From Candidatus Multivoradales bacterium (GTDB taxonomy: Bacteria; Acidobacteriota; Thermoanaerobaculia; Multivoradales; JAHEKO01): a DNA stretch of 64,000 bases. Location of the stretch: contig CBDFIJ010000004.1 in assembly GCA_965248055.1 (NCBI GenBank), positions 2,752,001 to 2,816,000 on the forward strand. Direction: 5' to 3'. The notes beneath the pieces are model-generated. The model ran no database searches. It worked only from the letters and a program-made list of their open reading frames with translations, and was not told the origin of the DNA. A program made the position numbers and the translations under genes. Below are positions 17,430 through 27,063 of the stretch, in pieces. Each line of letters starts with the position of its first letter. Position 1 is the stretch's first letter.

Positions 17430-19761
17430 CGTCGACGGGAAGATCGCTGGGCGGGCTCTGATCGGGGCTCTCGGCTGAGGCACCCTCTTGGCCAATGTCC
17501 AGGTCAAAGGTTGGCGCTACCACCCGTACCGGGATCGGAGGGGGTACCGACTGCGGGTTTTTCTGGGAAAACCAGCCGACCATTTCACGCACAATATCGA
17601 TCGCTAGCAAGTACTCGCCAGGCTTGTCTGGGGCGACGATTGGAATGGTTATCAGTTTGGTGACATTGGGTTCGACCGGTGCGCCAAAACGCGCCCGATC
17701 ATTTTCCCAACGAAACAGAGAACCGTCGCTGTTGAGCCAGTGGTAGCTGAGGCCCAGTCGGGTGGTGTCCTGGTAGGGCCAGGTGACATGGCTGGCATTG
17801 CGTACCGCCACGCGGACCACGGATTCACTTTCGGTAGCAAGAGCAACCGGAGCATCCAAGATCCGCCAATCGGCGTAGAAGAGGTCGTCGTCGAGGCCGG
17901 CGGTGTCGCCGATATGCAGCAGGGTCGCGCCGACGCGGAAAGTGGGTGGGTGTTCACCGGTTGCCGGAGGGAATGATCCCCGCGCTGACTTGACGAACAT
18001 ACGATAGACCCACATCTGCTTGGGAGGCTCGCGCAGCGAAAAATCCAGTTCCCAACGTTTCTTGTAGGGATGCTTTGGCTTCAAGGTGATCTGGCCCCGT
18101 GCCTCCGACTCGAGGTGAACCACTTGCTTGTCACCACCCATCTTAATTTCTACTTGATTGGGCGTCGCCAAACTCTGGACGAAGAAAGAAATCTCATCAA
18201 TCGGCTCCCACGACAGAACAAATATCTCCACCGGTTCTCCGGCGTGGGTCCACATCCAATCGCCGAACTTGCGGAAAACATCTTGTCGACCGATAAAGTG
18301 GAGACCTTGCTGACTGACCCCCTGATAGCCTGGAATTCTGGTGCGAATCGAGGAGAGCTCGTAGGGAAACCATCGAAATGGGGCATAGCGAACGTGCGAC
18401 TGGAGAGTTGGCTCCCTGACTGGCACGCCGAAGGGAGTAAACAGCAATCCGCCCAACAGCAACCCACCCACGGCGTAGCCGACCACCGTCGCCCAACGGG
18501 GCCGAATCTTGGTGATCAAGAAAAAGAATGCCGGATAGACGCTGACAAAGTAACGGTTGCCGACGAAACCGCCGCCACCGTGCCAGTTAAACCAAATCCA
18601 AAGCATGGTGTACAGCGCGATGATGACGATCGACGCCAGCAGGATCCAACGCACCGGCGATCCTCGTCCGTGGATAACAAAAAGAATCAGAGCCAAGGCG
18701 GCAAATGGCATGTAGGGAAAAAGTCCGGTGTGTCGGCCCCAAAGAAAGTAGGGGATATCCTCAACCAGTTTCTTGATGTGTACCGGAGGAAGCCCGATTA
18801 GCCAGCCCCAAGAATTTTTTTTCTGAATGCCTTGCGCAGGATCGATTTCGACCGGTTTTACTGGGATCACCTCAGATTCAAGGTTGACTCCAGTGCGGGC
18901 CACGCCGAGGTAGGCGGACGGGTGTCCGGTGAGTTGGATTGCCAAGCCACAAATGGCGGTCATGGAGAGCGCCGCACCGAGCAGCCATGCGCCGGCGCCC
19001 TTGAGCCCGAACCTGCGCCACGACGCGTACAACGCTGCCAGCCCAACTGCTGCAAACATCGGCTTGTTGTAGACACCAAATGCGAGGATGGCCCCCGAGA
19101 GAAAGGGTGCCCAGCGAGCGACACGGTTCCACAAGCCCGCCTTCGGGTAGTTGGTGAACCGATGTAGGCCAAAGAACAGGCAACCGGCAATCGAAGCTAG
19201 GTTAAAGACCTCTGGATGTAGCCAAAAGACATAGACGAACGAGGAAGCAATCAAAAAAAACCCCGCGGAGAATGCGAGAGAGATCCCTGGAGCGTTAAAT
19301 CGTCCCAGATACACCGCTCCCATCCACACGGTAGTCAACAACAGCAACATGTTGAACGCGACCATGCCGTTGGGGCCGAAGGCACGCACCCAGGGAGCGG
19401 CAAATAAGGAATAGATGTAGGGCTTGCCGAAGTAGGTTGAATGCCAGCCATCATCCGACATTAGGATCACGTTCATCGCCGGTCGCACCGGGTAAGCGTC
19501 GAACAAGCGCCGAAGGTCCTGGGATTCAGCCACCAGATCGCGGTCTCTGGCCAAACTCTCCGCCATCAAGTAGTAGGCAGCCTCGTCTGCCTTGAGGGTC
19601 AAAGGCAGTCCGGGCTTCTGAATAGTGAGCGGGAAAAGGACTAAGAAACAGGCGATGGCTGCGAACACCAAGCGGGTGGTCGAGTCCGTGGCAGGGCTCT
19701 CGATCGAGTTGGCTACGGGGTTCATCGGCGACAGCCTACGCGGGGAGCGGTTTGGGTTCAA
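17422..19761 (-). CDS. Polytopic membrane protein, GT-C-fold-like, with C-terminal periplasmic Ig-like domain (start may be 19725)
   Basis: Acidic ADE motif after TM1, ~11 TMs, GG..GNRYF motif; C-terminal VRNAS..TWP...LSYHW...APDKPGEY.L.IDIV; paralog of 23212-25023. Confidence 0.6.
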   Translation of the reverse strand: MNPNRSPRRLSPMNPVANSIESPATDSTTRLVFAAIACFLVLFPLTIQKPGLPLTLKADEAAYYLMAESLARDRDLVAESQDLRRLFDAYPVRPAMNVILMSDDGWHSTYFGKPYIYSLFAAPWVRAFGPNGMVAFNMLLLLTTVWMGAVYLGRFNAPGISLAFSAGFFLIASSFVYVFWLHPEVFNLASIAGCLFFGLHRFTNYPKAGLWNRVARWAPFLSGAILAFGVYNKPMFAAVGLAALYASWRRFGLKGAGAWLLGAALSMTAICGLAIQLTGHPSAYLGVARTGVNLESEVIPVKPVEIDPAQGIQKKNSWGWLIGLPPVHIKKLVEDIPYFLWGRHTGLFPYMPFAALALILFVIHGRGSPVRWILLASIVIIALYTMLWIWFNWHGGGGFVGNRYFVSVYPAFFFLITKIRPRWATVVGYAVGGLLLGGLLFTPFGVPVREPTLQSHVRYAPFRWFPYELSSIRTRIPGYQGVSQQGLHFIGRQDVFRKFGDWMWTHAGEPVEIFVLSWEPIDEISFFVQSLATPNQVEIKMGGDKQVVHLESEARGQITLKPKHPYKKRWELDFSLREPPKQMWVYRMFVKSARGSFPPATGEHPPTFRVGATLLHIGDTAGLDDDLFYADWRILDAPVALATESESVVRVAVRNASHVTWPYQDTTRLGLSYHWLNSDGSLFRWENDRARFGAPVEPNVTKLITIPIVAPDKPGEYLLAIDIVREMVGWFSQKNPQSVPPPIPVRVVAPTFDLDIGQEGASAESPDQSPPSDLPVDVN

Positions 19762-19857
19762 GGCTGATAAGATCTCATGTCACCCGCGCGTGGGGAGAAA
19801 CCGGAAACTGGACTCGCGCGCAATCAATAACAACACGCTAGTGGATACGAGGAATTG

Positions 19858-21579
19858 ATGAGTCATCTTATTTCGCCTTATGGGGGCAAGCTTGCTAACC
19901 CGATGCTTTCGAGCGAGGAAGCGCGGGAGCTGCAGTCCCAACTGCAAGAAGACGTTTCTTGGGATTTAACCGCCCAGCAGATCTGTGACCTTGAATTGAT
20001 AATGGTCGGTGGTTTTTCACCCCTAGACCGGTTTATGAACCGGGCCGACTACGAGAGCGTTTGCCAGTCGATGCGGCTGGCGGACGGAACCCTTTGGCCG
20101 ATGCCGATCACGCTCGCCATCGACCAGCAGACTGCCGATCAGTTGGCTGACGGCAACCAACGGTTGGTGCTCCGCGACCCCGAAGGGGTTCCTTTGGCGG
20201 TGGTTGAGGTTGAAGAGACTTGGCAGCCCGACCGTGAGAAGGAAGCTCAGCAAGTATTCGGTACCCTGGATCGCAAGCATCCTGGCGTCGCCCATCTCTT
20301 GGACCGCACCCCCAAGATCGCGGTGGCGGGACGCCTGCTGGGCATTCAACGGCCGCTCCACTATGACTTCACTTCGCTGCGCCTCACCCCAGAAGATGTC
20401 CGCCGTCGCTTCGCCGCTCGTGGTTGGAGCAACGTGGTGGCGTTTCAGACCCGCAATCCGATGCACCGGGCGCACTATGAATTGACGCTGCGCGCTTGTA
20501 AGACCCGAGGCGTCAACCTGCTGATTCACCCGGTGGTGGGAATGACCAAGCCGGGAGATTTAGATCACTACACCCGGGTTCGTTGTTACCGCGCACTCCA
20601 GGACCACTACCCGCCACAGTTGGCGGAATTAGCTCTGCTGCCCCTGGCGATGCGCATGGGCGGACCCCGGGAAGCGGTGTGGCACGCCATCATTCGGCGC
20701 AACTACGGTTGTACCCATTTCATTGTTGGCCGCGATCACGCGGGTCCCGGCGTCGACTCGCAGGGCAATCCATTCTACGGACCCTACGATGCTCAGGAAC
20801 TGATGATTGAACACGCCGAAGAGATCGGCGTTGAGATGGTGCCATTTCGTAACATGGTGTTCGTCGAGGAAGACCAGAAGTACTTTCCGGATGACGAGGT
20901 GGTTGAGGGTAAGACCAAGCTCTCGCTCTCTGGAACCGAGTTGCGTAGTCGCTTGTCGCAGGGGCAAGAATTGCCGGAGTGGTTTACCTTCCCCGAGGTC
21001 ACCAAAGAACTGCGCAAGACTCATCCGACTCGCTCCAGCCAAGGGGTCACGGTGTTTTTCACCGGATTGTCTGGCTCGGGAAAATCAACCGTCGCCAAGG
21101 CCCTGATGGTGCGTTTGTTGGAAGTAGGTAATCGGCCGGTGACTTTGCTCGACGGCGACTTGGTGCGTAAGAACCTATCGTCGGAGTTGGGTTTCTCGCG
21201 AGAGCATCGCGACCTCAATGTCACCCGAATCGGCTATGTGGCCTCCGAGATCACCAAGAATCGCGGCATCGCGATTTGCGCGCCCATCGCACCCTATGAC
21301 GGGACTCGGCGCGAAATACGAAAGATGATTGAGCCGTTGGGTGGCTTCATTCTGGTGCATGTCTCGACCGCGCTTGAGGTTTGTGAGAGTCGCGATCGAA
21401 AGGGCTTGTATGCCAAGGCTCGGGCCGGGATCATCAAAGAGTTCACTGGGATTTCCGATCCCTACGAAGAGCCCGCAGACGCCGACATCGTGCTGGATAC
21501 CGGATCTTTGTCCCCGGAAGAGAGCGTGCAGAAGGTTCTGCTTCATCTTGAGACAGCGGGATACATCGGCGATCGGTAG
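19858..21579 (+). CDS. sat: Bifunctional sulfate adenylyltransferase / adenylyl-sulfate kinase (PAPS synthesis)
   Basis: FQTRNPMHRAH, HFIVGRDHAG, ISGTE-like LSGTELR; kinase domain FTGLSGSGKST, LDGD.VR, DRKGLYAKARAG..KEFTGISDPYE. Confidence 0.96.
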   Translation: MSHLISPYGGKLANPMLSSEEARELQSQLQEDVSWDLTAQQICDLELIMVGGFSPLDRFMNRADYESVCQSMRLADGTLWPMPITLAIDQQTADQLADGNQRLVLRDPEGVPLAVVEVEETWQPDREKEAQQVFGTLDRKHPGVAHLLDRTPKIAVAGRLLGIQRPLHYDFTSLRLTPEDVRRRFAARGWSNVVAFQTRNPMHRAHYELTLRACKTRGVNLLIHPVVGMTKPGDLDHYTRVRCYRALQDHYPPQLAELALLPLAMRMGGPREAVWHAIIRRNYGCTHFIVGRDHAGPGVDSQGNPFYGPYDAQELMIEHAEEIGVEMVPFRNMVFVEEDQKYFPDDEVVEGKTKLSLSGTELRSRLSQGQELPEWFTFPEVTKELRKTHPTRSSQGVTVFFTGLSGSGKSTVAKALMVRLLEVGNRPVTLLDGDLVRKNLSSELGFSREHRDLNVTRIGYVASEITKNRGIAICAPIAPYDGTRREIRKMIEPLGGFILVHVSTALEVCESRDRKGLYAKARAGIIKEFTGISDPYEEPADADIVLDTGSLSPEESVQKVLLHLETAGYIGDR

Positions 21580-23221
21580 CGCTCAGGGTCGGCCCCTATT
21601 TTCGCGGTTCTTGCTGGCGGCCCTGGTGCTGACAGTAGCCTGCTCTTCGGAGCCGTCCGAGACAATCCATGATGGGGTGCTGAGGCAAATTCCCCCGTTG
21701 GACGCGGTTCGCGGCGTGGTGTTGATTTCTCTCGATACCTTACGTGCCGATCGTCTGGGCCTGTACGGCTACCAAAGAGACACCAGTCCGTTCTTGGATC
21801 GACTGGCCGCCGAGCGCGGCATCGTCTTTGAGCGCACGATCTCTCAGTATCCGGGAACCTTGATTTCCCATATGTCGATGCTCACCGGGCTCTATCCTCG
21901 GGAGCACGGGGTATTGCCGCCGGCTTCGATTCTGCCGTCGAATGTGCCGCTGCTGGCGGAGCTGCTTGCCGAGCGTGGCTTTCGTACCGCTGGGCACACC
22001 GAAGGTGGATTTATGGATGGAGACTTTGGCTTCAAGAGAGGGTTTGAGGAATTCACCGACACTTCCTACAGTCAAGACCAAGACATCGAACGGACTTTGT
22101 CTCGAGGCGTTGATTTCTTACAGCGACTGGGCGAGCAGGATCGATTCTTCCTGTTCTTGCACAGCTACTCGGTGCACGATCCTTACTTGCCGCCGTCCGG
22201 TTTTGGCGTCAACGCCGACCTAGTACCTGAGCCCGCGCCCACCGGCGAGACCATCAAGGAGTTCAATCGGGGATTCCTGTCGGTAGCGGATTCGACGATC
22301 GCTGACTACAGTGATCGTTATGACGCTTCGATTCGCTATGCCGACCAAGTGGTGTCGAACTTCTTCTCACGCCTGGAAGAACTGGGTCTAGCGGAAGACA
22401 CTGCCGTCATCATCACCTCGGATCACGGCGAGGCGTTCGCCGAACATGGACGGCTGGGGCACGAGCAAACCTATCCAGAGGAACTCTGGGTGCCACTGAT
22501 TGTGGTTCATCCGGGGGTCGAACGAGGGGTGCGAATCGATGGTTTGGCCGAGCTGATTGACCTGCCGCCGACGATATTAGAAATGCTCGATCTTGAGGCC
22601 GATTGGGAGGTCAGTGGTCGGGATCTGATCACTACGCAGAGTGGTGGCCGTGCACATTCGGAGACTTCCGACCCAGCGCGCCAACAAGTGTTGTTTCGCC
22701 AGGACGGTGAGCAACTGTGGATGCTGGTGGACACCGAATATTTGTCCGACCCCGATGGAAGCTGGCTGCCGCTGGACAACAGCATCGATGTTGACACCCC
22801 CGCGGAGCTGGAGCTGGTTAGTTTTGCTGGACCCAAGGAAGCTGCGGTGTGGGTCGATGGCCATTTGGAGCAGCGGTCGGCGGTCGGCGGAGGTTGGAGT
22901 GCGTTGGAAATTGCTGGCGAAGGCCGCAAGAGAGTGCGACTTCGGTCCGAAAGCTGCACCAGTCCACAACGGCTAGGAGTTGGGGGTGACCCCAGGTGCC
23001 TGTCGTTGAAGATGCGCGGCCGTCCAGCGAAACGATTGGAACTGTTCGAATTGTCGGGTGACCCGACCGCATCCGAGGATCGCTCCTATCAAGACGGACA
23101 GCGACTGCGACGTCTGGTGGGGGAACTGGGATCCTGGGAATTTGAGCTGCGAGGAACCAGCAAGTCGCTGGAATTGGACCCGGAAACCCGCCGCACCTTG
23201 GAATCCCTCGGCTATCTTTGA
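21548..23221 (+). CDS. Sulfatase-like (alkaline phosphatase superfamily) exported/lipoprotein; start uncertain
   Basis: VVLISLDTLRADRLG.YGY.R.TSP.LD, TLISH.SMLTGLYP..HG, H.Y..HDPY, TSDHGEAF.EHG..GH, C-terminal LESLGYL; lipobox-like LTVAC. Confidence 0.82.
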   Translation: MRQRDTSAIGSAQGRPLFSRFLLAALVLTVACSSEPSETIHDGVLRQIPPLDAVRGVVLISLDTLRADRLGLYGYQRDTSPFLDRLAAERGIVFERTISQYPGTLISHMSMLTGLYPREHGVLPPASILPSNVPLLAELLAERGFRTAGHTEGGFMDGDFGFKRGFEEFTDTSYSQDQDIERTLSRGVDFLQRLGEQDRFFLFLHSYSVHDPYLPPSGFGVNADLVPEPAPTGETIKEFNRGFLSVADSTIADYSDRYDASIRYADQVVSNFFSRLEELGLAEDTAVIITSDHGEAFAEHGRLGHEQTYPEELWVPLIVVHPGVERGVRIDGLAELIDLPPTILEMLDLEADWEVSGRDLITTQSGGRAHSETSDPARQQVLFRQDGEQLWMLVDTEYLSDPDGSWLPLDNSIDVDTPAELELVSFAGPKEAAVWVDGHLEQRSAVGGGWSALEIAGEGRKRVRLRSESCTSPQRLGVGGDPRCLSLKMRGRPAKRLELFELSGDPTASEDRSYQDGQRLRRLVGELGSWEFELRGTSKSLELDPETRRTLESLGYL

Positions 23222-25023
23222 TCTCTTTTTTCCGGGTTAACAACTCCCAGATAGCGTAGGCGGACCGCAGATTCTGGTTGTGGCGCCTCAACTTGGATTA
23301 GGAAACGATGGACGAAATGCTTGGTTTCCAAGTCGAAGGCCATGGGGTGGCGAATCCAAGGTGTCGACGGGGGAACGATCATTTCTACCGGCTGTCCTTC
23401 GAGGAACTCACTTGCCACCACTTCTGAGCGACCCCACCAGGGGCGGATCGTGACTTTGGTTCCTGGGGAGGCCAGGGCTTGGAACCGAAAGCCGTCACCC
23501 TTCCGATGAGTCACAACCATGATCTCACTAGGCCGCAGCGTTTGGCCTAGGACCCAATCCTCTGCGCCTACCTTGGATCGAAAGTCGACAAACCGCACAT
23601 AGTCCCTGCCCCAAAACCGCGATCGTTGTCCCTCGGTTTCGCGGGCCGTCGACTCGTAGGGAAGCCAGCGAAAAATTCCGGCTGAGGCATGACTTTGACT
23701 GGTCGGGTCCAGAGCGCCGACCTCGCGGACCGAAGCCCAAGCGGAAACCCCTGCGGCTACTGCGATCAACCAGCAACTGACCACCGCAACCCGCAATGAC
23801 CACCGCCGCGCCGAGGCGAATCCGCCTTGGGGCCACGCCAGGACAGCGAACAACAAACCGTAGGACGGTAGAAAATATCGGTTGCCGACCGTAGCGGAGC
23901 CGCCAAAGTAATTGTCAGGACGGTAGAGCAGGTAGAAAACCCATAGCGCCAACACGCCCAACAGAGCAACTGTCGCGGCGTTTCGCCCGCGCAATCCCCA
24001 ATAGATCATGAACAACGCGAACGGGAAGTAGGGAAGCAGACCGGCGTGCCGACCGACGACGCCATAAAAAGCCGACCAGGGAATGCGACGATCCAACGAG
24101 GTCTGATAGACGTGCGTTGCTCGCTTCTTAGCGAGTTGCTCGCCAACCAGCGGGTCTTCGGCGTCGGTTGGGTATCCGATGAGAGCAGAGAACGAAGTTC
24201 GAGCAGCGGTATAAGGATTGAGCGTACCGACACTGGCGAACTGTAGTGTCGCCGCGAACACAATCATCGTCAGTAGAGAACCGGCGATCACCATGGCAAT
24301 CCGCGTTCGCCTCGCTACTGCAGCCATGCCAATCACCGAGAGTGCCAACAGCGCCTGAGGTGCCCGGGAGATCACCATGAGTCCGATGCAGACTCCGGCG
24401 AGCATCGCCCAACGTTCGGCGTTGCCAAACGCGCGAGCCTGGCGTTTAGTTGACCCTGTGGCCCGCATTGCGACGATGGCGGAAGAGACTCCGGCCAAGG
24501 CCAGAGAAAATTGCAAGATATCGCTCATCGACCAAGCGAGGTAGGGTAAGACGGCGGCAGTTCCCAAGTAGGTGGCCAATTTCCAGGATCGCCATCGCGA
24601 GGATTCTGATTCCTCTGGATCGAGGGTGCTGGCACCGAGAGCTTTCCAGGCGATGCTGCTTGCGGCGCACAGCAGTAGGGTGTTGACGATCCAAAAGGCA
24701 CTACGGCCAAAAAACCAGAAAAAAGGCGCTACCAAGAACGGATAGATTGGTGGTTTTGAGTAATACAGGCCACCGCTCGACTGGTGCAAGATAACGTTGG
24801 GCGACTCTCCCAGACTGGTGGCAGCAACTCGTTGATGGTCGCGGTGATCGAAACGCAGATCCCGGTCGTTCACCAGACTCTCGGTCATCGCTGAGAAAGT
24901 CCCTTCGTCTCCCCAGAAAACTCGTTGGTGACGCCGGTGAGGAGCTATGACCAATAGCCCAGCGACCGAGCCCAGCAGCAGGATCCAGGGAACAACTGCG
25001 TTGAGTATTCGGCAGCGAAACAT
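23212..25023 (-). CDS. Polytopic membrane protein, GT-C-fold-like; paralog of 17422-19761
   Basis: GDE..F.AM.ESL..DRDL, YSKPPIYP...AP, GRHAGLLPYFPFA, GG...GNRYF; all shared with the 17422 protein. Confidence 0.6.
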   Translation of the reverse strand: MFRCRILNAVVPWILLLGSVAGLLVIAPHRRHQRVFWGDEGTFSAMTESLVNDRDLRFDHRDHQRVAATSLGESPNVILHQSSGGLYYSKPPIYPFLVAPFFWFFGRSAFWIVNTLLLCAASSIAWKALGASTLDPEESESSRWRSWKLATYLGTAAVLPYLAWSMSDILQFSLALAGVSSAIVAMRATGSTKRQARAFGNAERWAMLAGVCIGLMVISRAPQALLALSVIGMAAVARRTRIAMVIAGSLLTMIVFAATLQFASVGTLNPYTAARTSFSALIGYPTDAEDPLVGEQLAKKRATHVYQTSLDRRIPWSAFYGVVGRHAGLLPYFPFALFMIYWGLRGRNAATVALLGVLALWVFYLLYRPDNYFGGSATVGNRYFLPSYGLLFAVLAWPQGGFASARRWSLRVAVVSCWLIAVAAGVSAWASVREVGALDPTSQSHASAGIFRWLPYESTARETEGQRSRFWGRDYVRFVDFRSKVGAEDWVLGQTLRPSEIMVVTHRKGDGFRFQALASPGTKVTIRPWWGRSEVVASEFLEGQPVEMIVPPSTPWIRHPMAFDLETKHFVHRFLIQVEAPQPESAVRLRYLGVVNPEKRDQR

Positions 25024-25102
25024 CCGCTGATTCTAGCTGCCGCGTAGGGCGTTGTACGCGATTCCCTGTGGTAATCTGCCCAGGTCGCGAGCGAGGTTGT
25101 CG

Positions 25103-25390
25103 ATGTCAAAAACCGATCCACAAACTGAATCGAACGGAAATCCCGTAGATCCCGAACTGCTGGAGATCTTGGTTTGTCCCAAAACCAAGGGAGAACTGAC
25201 GTTAGTCGAACTGCCCAGTGAAGTTCGTGGGCCGTTGCTGGAGAAGTATCAGGAGTACTTCACCGAGGAAGAGACCCGGGTGACGCACGGGCTCTACTGT
25301 GCCGAATCGGAGTTGGTGTATCCGATCGTCTCTGAGATTCCGATCATGCTCGTTGACGAAGCCCTTCCCGCGTCCTCGATCGGCCGCTAG
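25103..25390 (+). CDS. Trm112/YcaR family protein
   Basis: ELLEILVCP.TKG.L ... YPI...IPIMLVDEA. Confidence 0.85.
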   Translation: MSKTDPQTESNGNPVDPELLEILVCPKTKGELTLVELPSEVRGPLLEKYQEYFTEEETRVTHGLYCAESELVYPIVSEIPIMLVDEALPASSIGR

Positions 25391-25406
25391 ATCCCGCCAT
25401 AGCCTG

Positions 25407-26300
25407 ATGCCAGGACAATCTTTTCCAGCCTTCATGGCGAAGGCCCGTGTAACTGTAGATGGTCAACTGGATGAGTTGTTGGAAGCCGGCGAAGACCAGC
25501 TGCGCCAAGCGATTCGCTATGCCGCTTTGGGATCAGGAAAGCGAGTCCGACCGGCATTGATGATGGCAGTCGCCGAGGCGGTCGAATTAGACCCGCGTGT
25601 GGTCGCGGCACCGGCTGCGGCTTTGGAAATGGTCCATACATTCAGCTTGGTTCACGACGATCTTCCGGCGCTCGACGACGACCAACTGCGGCGAGGTCGA
25701 GAAACGGTCCACGTAGCGTTTGACGAACCGACCGCGATCTTGGTTGGAGATGCACTCTTGAGTCGATCGTTCGCAGTATTGGCGGAGCAACCGGCGACGG
25801 TGGCCGCTGAGCAACGCTGTCGAGCGATCGTGGCCCTGGCTAATGCGGTTGGCGAAGCGGGAATGCTGGGTGGGCAAATGTTGGACTTGCTGTCGGCGGG
25901 CAGTCTGTCTGAGCACACCACCGTGGCCGATTTGGAAAAGATTCACCGGGGAAAGACCGGGGCTTTGATGCGGGTGTGCGGCGAACTCCCGGCGATCTAC
26001 GCCGGTGTGGACCACGCCACCGCCACCTCAGTGGCAAATGTCTGCGAATTGATTGGCTTGATGTTCCAGGTCAGTGATGACTTGCTGGACGTGACCCAAA
26101 GTAGTGCTGTGCTCGGTAAGACCGCAGGTAAGGATGTGGCGCAGAAGAAACTTACCTATCCTGGAATTCTCGGTGTCGAGGGCGCTGCCGAGTTCCTAAC
26201 GAAGCTACTCCAACGGGCCCTAGAGGCTCTGGTTGATCTCCCAGGGCCCACCGAGTCGATCCGGATGATTGTCGGATTTGTCGCCGATCGCAGTCACTAA
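25407..26300 (+). CDS. ispA: Polyprenyl (farnesyl/geranylgeranyl) diphosphate synthase
   Basis: GKRVRP, EMVHTFSLVHDDLPALDDD.LRRG, GQ.LD, KTGAL, FQV.DDLLD, GKTAGKD. Confidence 0.93.
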   Translation: MPGQSFPAFMAKARVTVDGQLDELLEAGEDQLRQAIRYAALGSGKRVRPALMMAVAEAVELDPRVVAAPAAALEMVHTFSLVHDDLPALDDDQLRRGRETVHVAFDEPTAILVGDALLSRSFAVLAEQPATVAAEQRCRAIVALANAVGEAGMLGGQMLDLLSAGSLSEHTTVADLEKIHRGKTGALMRVCGELPAIYAGVDHATATSVANVCELIGLMFQVSDDLLDVTQSSAVLGKTAGKDVAQKKLTYPGILGVEGAAEFLTKLLQRALEALVDLPGPTESIRMIVGFVADRSH

Positions 26301-26313
26301 TGAGTCGGTCTTT

Positions 26314-27060
26314 GTGACCAGACTGGACGCTTGGCTGGCCCAAGAAGGACACTTTGCCAGTCGAGAAAGGGCTCGGCGAGCGGTGATGGAGGGCGTGGTT
26401 TGGGTCAATGGGCAGCGGGTTGACAAGCCCGGAACTCCGGTTCCAGTGGAATCGCAAATTGAGATTCGTGGCGATACCGAGCCGTTTGCTTCTCGCGCCG
26501 GTGGCAAACTGCGGGCGGGTCTCGATGCCTTTCAGATCGACCCCAGTGGATGGATTTGCTTGGACGTTGGGGCATCAACCGGTGGGTTCACGGATTGCCT
26601 GCTGCAGGCCGGAGCCGAGAAAGTCTACGCGGTGGATGTCGGCTACGGCCAACTCGACTATCGTCTGCGCATCGATCCACGGGTGGTAGTTCAGGAGAGG
26701 ATCAATGCCCGTCATCTGAGTAATGAGCAGGTCCCAGAGCCCTGCCGTTTGGTGGTGATGGACGTTTCCTTCATCTCGACGACCAAAGTTTTGCCGGCGG
26801 TGGTGCCGTTGATGGAACCCGACGGACTCGCCGTGATCCTGATCAAACCCCAGTTTGAGGCTGAACGCGCGCAAGTAGGCAAGGGAGGAATCATTCGATC
26901 CGAAGATCTTCGCCAAGCGATCGTCGCCAAGACCATCGCTGGGATCGAAGCCTTGGGTCTACACCCTCAGGGAGTGATCGAGTCACCGGTCCACGGCGCA
27001 CGAGGCAACATTGAATCTCTGGCGCTATTCTTGCGGTCGCAGGGAGGGGAAGGTGAGTAA
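26314..27060 (+). CDS. tlyA: TlyA family rRNA methyltransferase
   Basis: S4 domain RLD.WL...SRE.A; DVGASTGGFTDCLLQ.GA, DVGYGQL, DVSFIS, LIKPQFE, GN.E. Confidence 0.95.
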   Translation: MTRLDAWLAQEGHFASRERARRAVMEGVVWVNGQRVDKPGTPVPVESQIEIRGDTEPFASRAGGKLRAGLDAFQIDPSGWICLDVGASTGGFTDCLLQAGAEKVYAVDVGYGQLDYRLRIDPRVVVQERINARHLSNEQVPEPCRLVVMDVSFISTTKVLPAVVPLMEPDGLAVILIKPQFEAERAQVGKGGIIRSEDLRQAIVAKTIAGIEALGLHPQGVIESPVHGARGNIESLALFLRSQGGEGE

Positions 27061-27063
27061 CTG

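Noticed and set aside
21329-21547. N-terminal extension of the sulfatase-like ORF overlapping sat/cysC by 250 bp
   Set aside because: It is an alternative frame of the APS kinase domain; the signal peptide begins near 21550-21600.
26300-26314. Absence of dxs between ispA and tlyA
   Set aside because: This gene order is variable across bacteria, and there is no scar or remnant.
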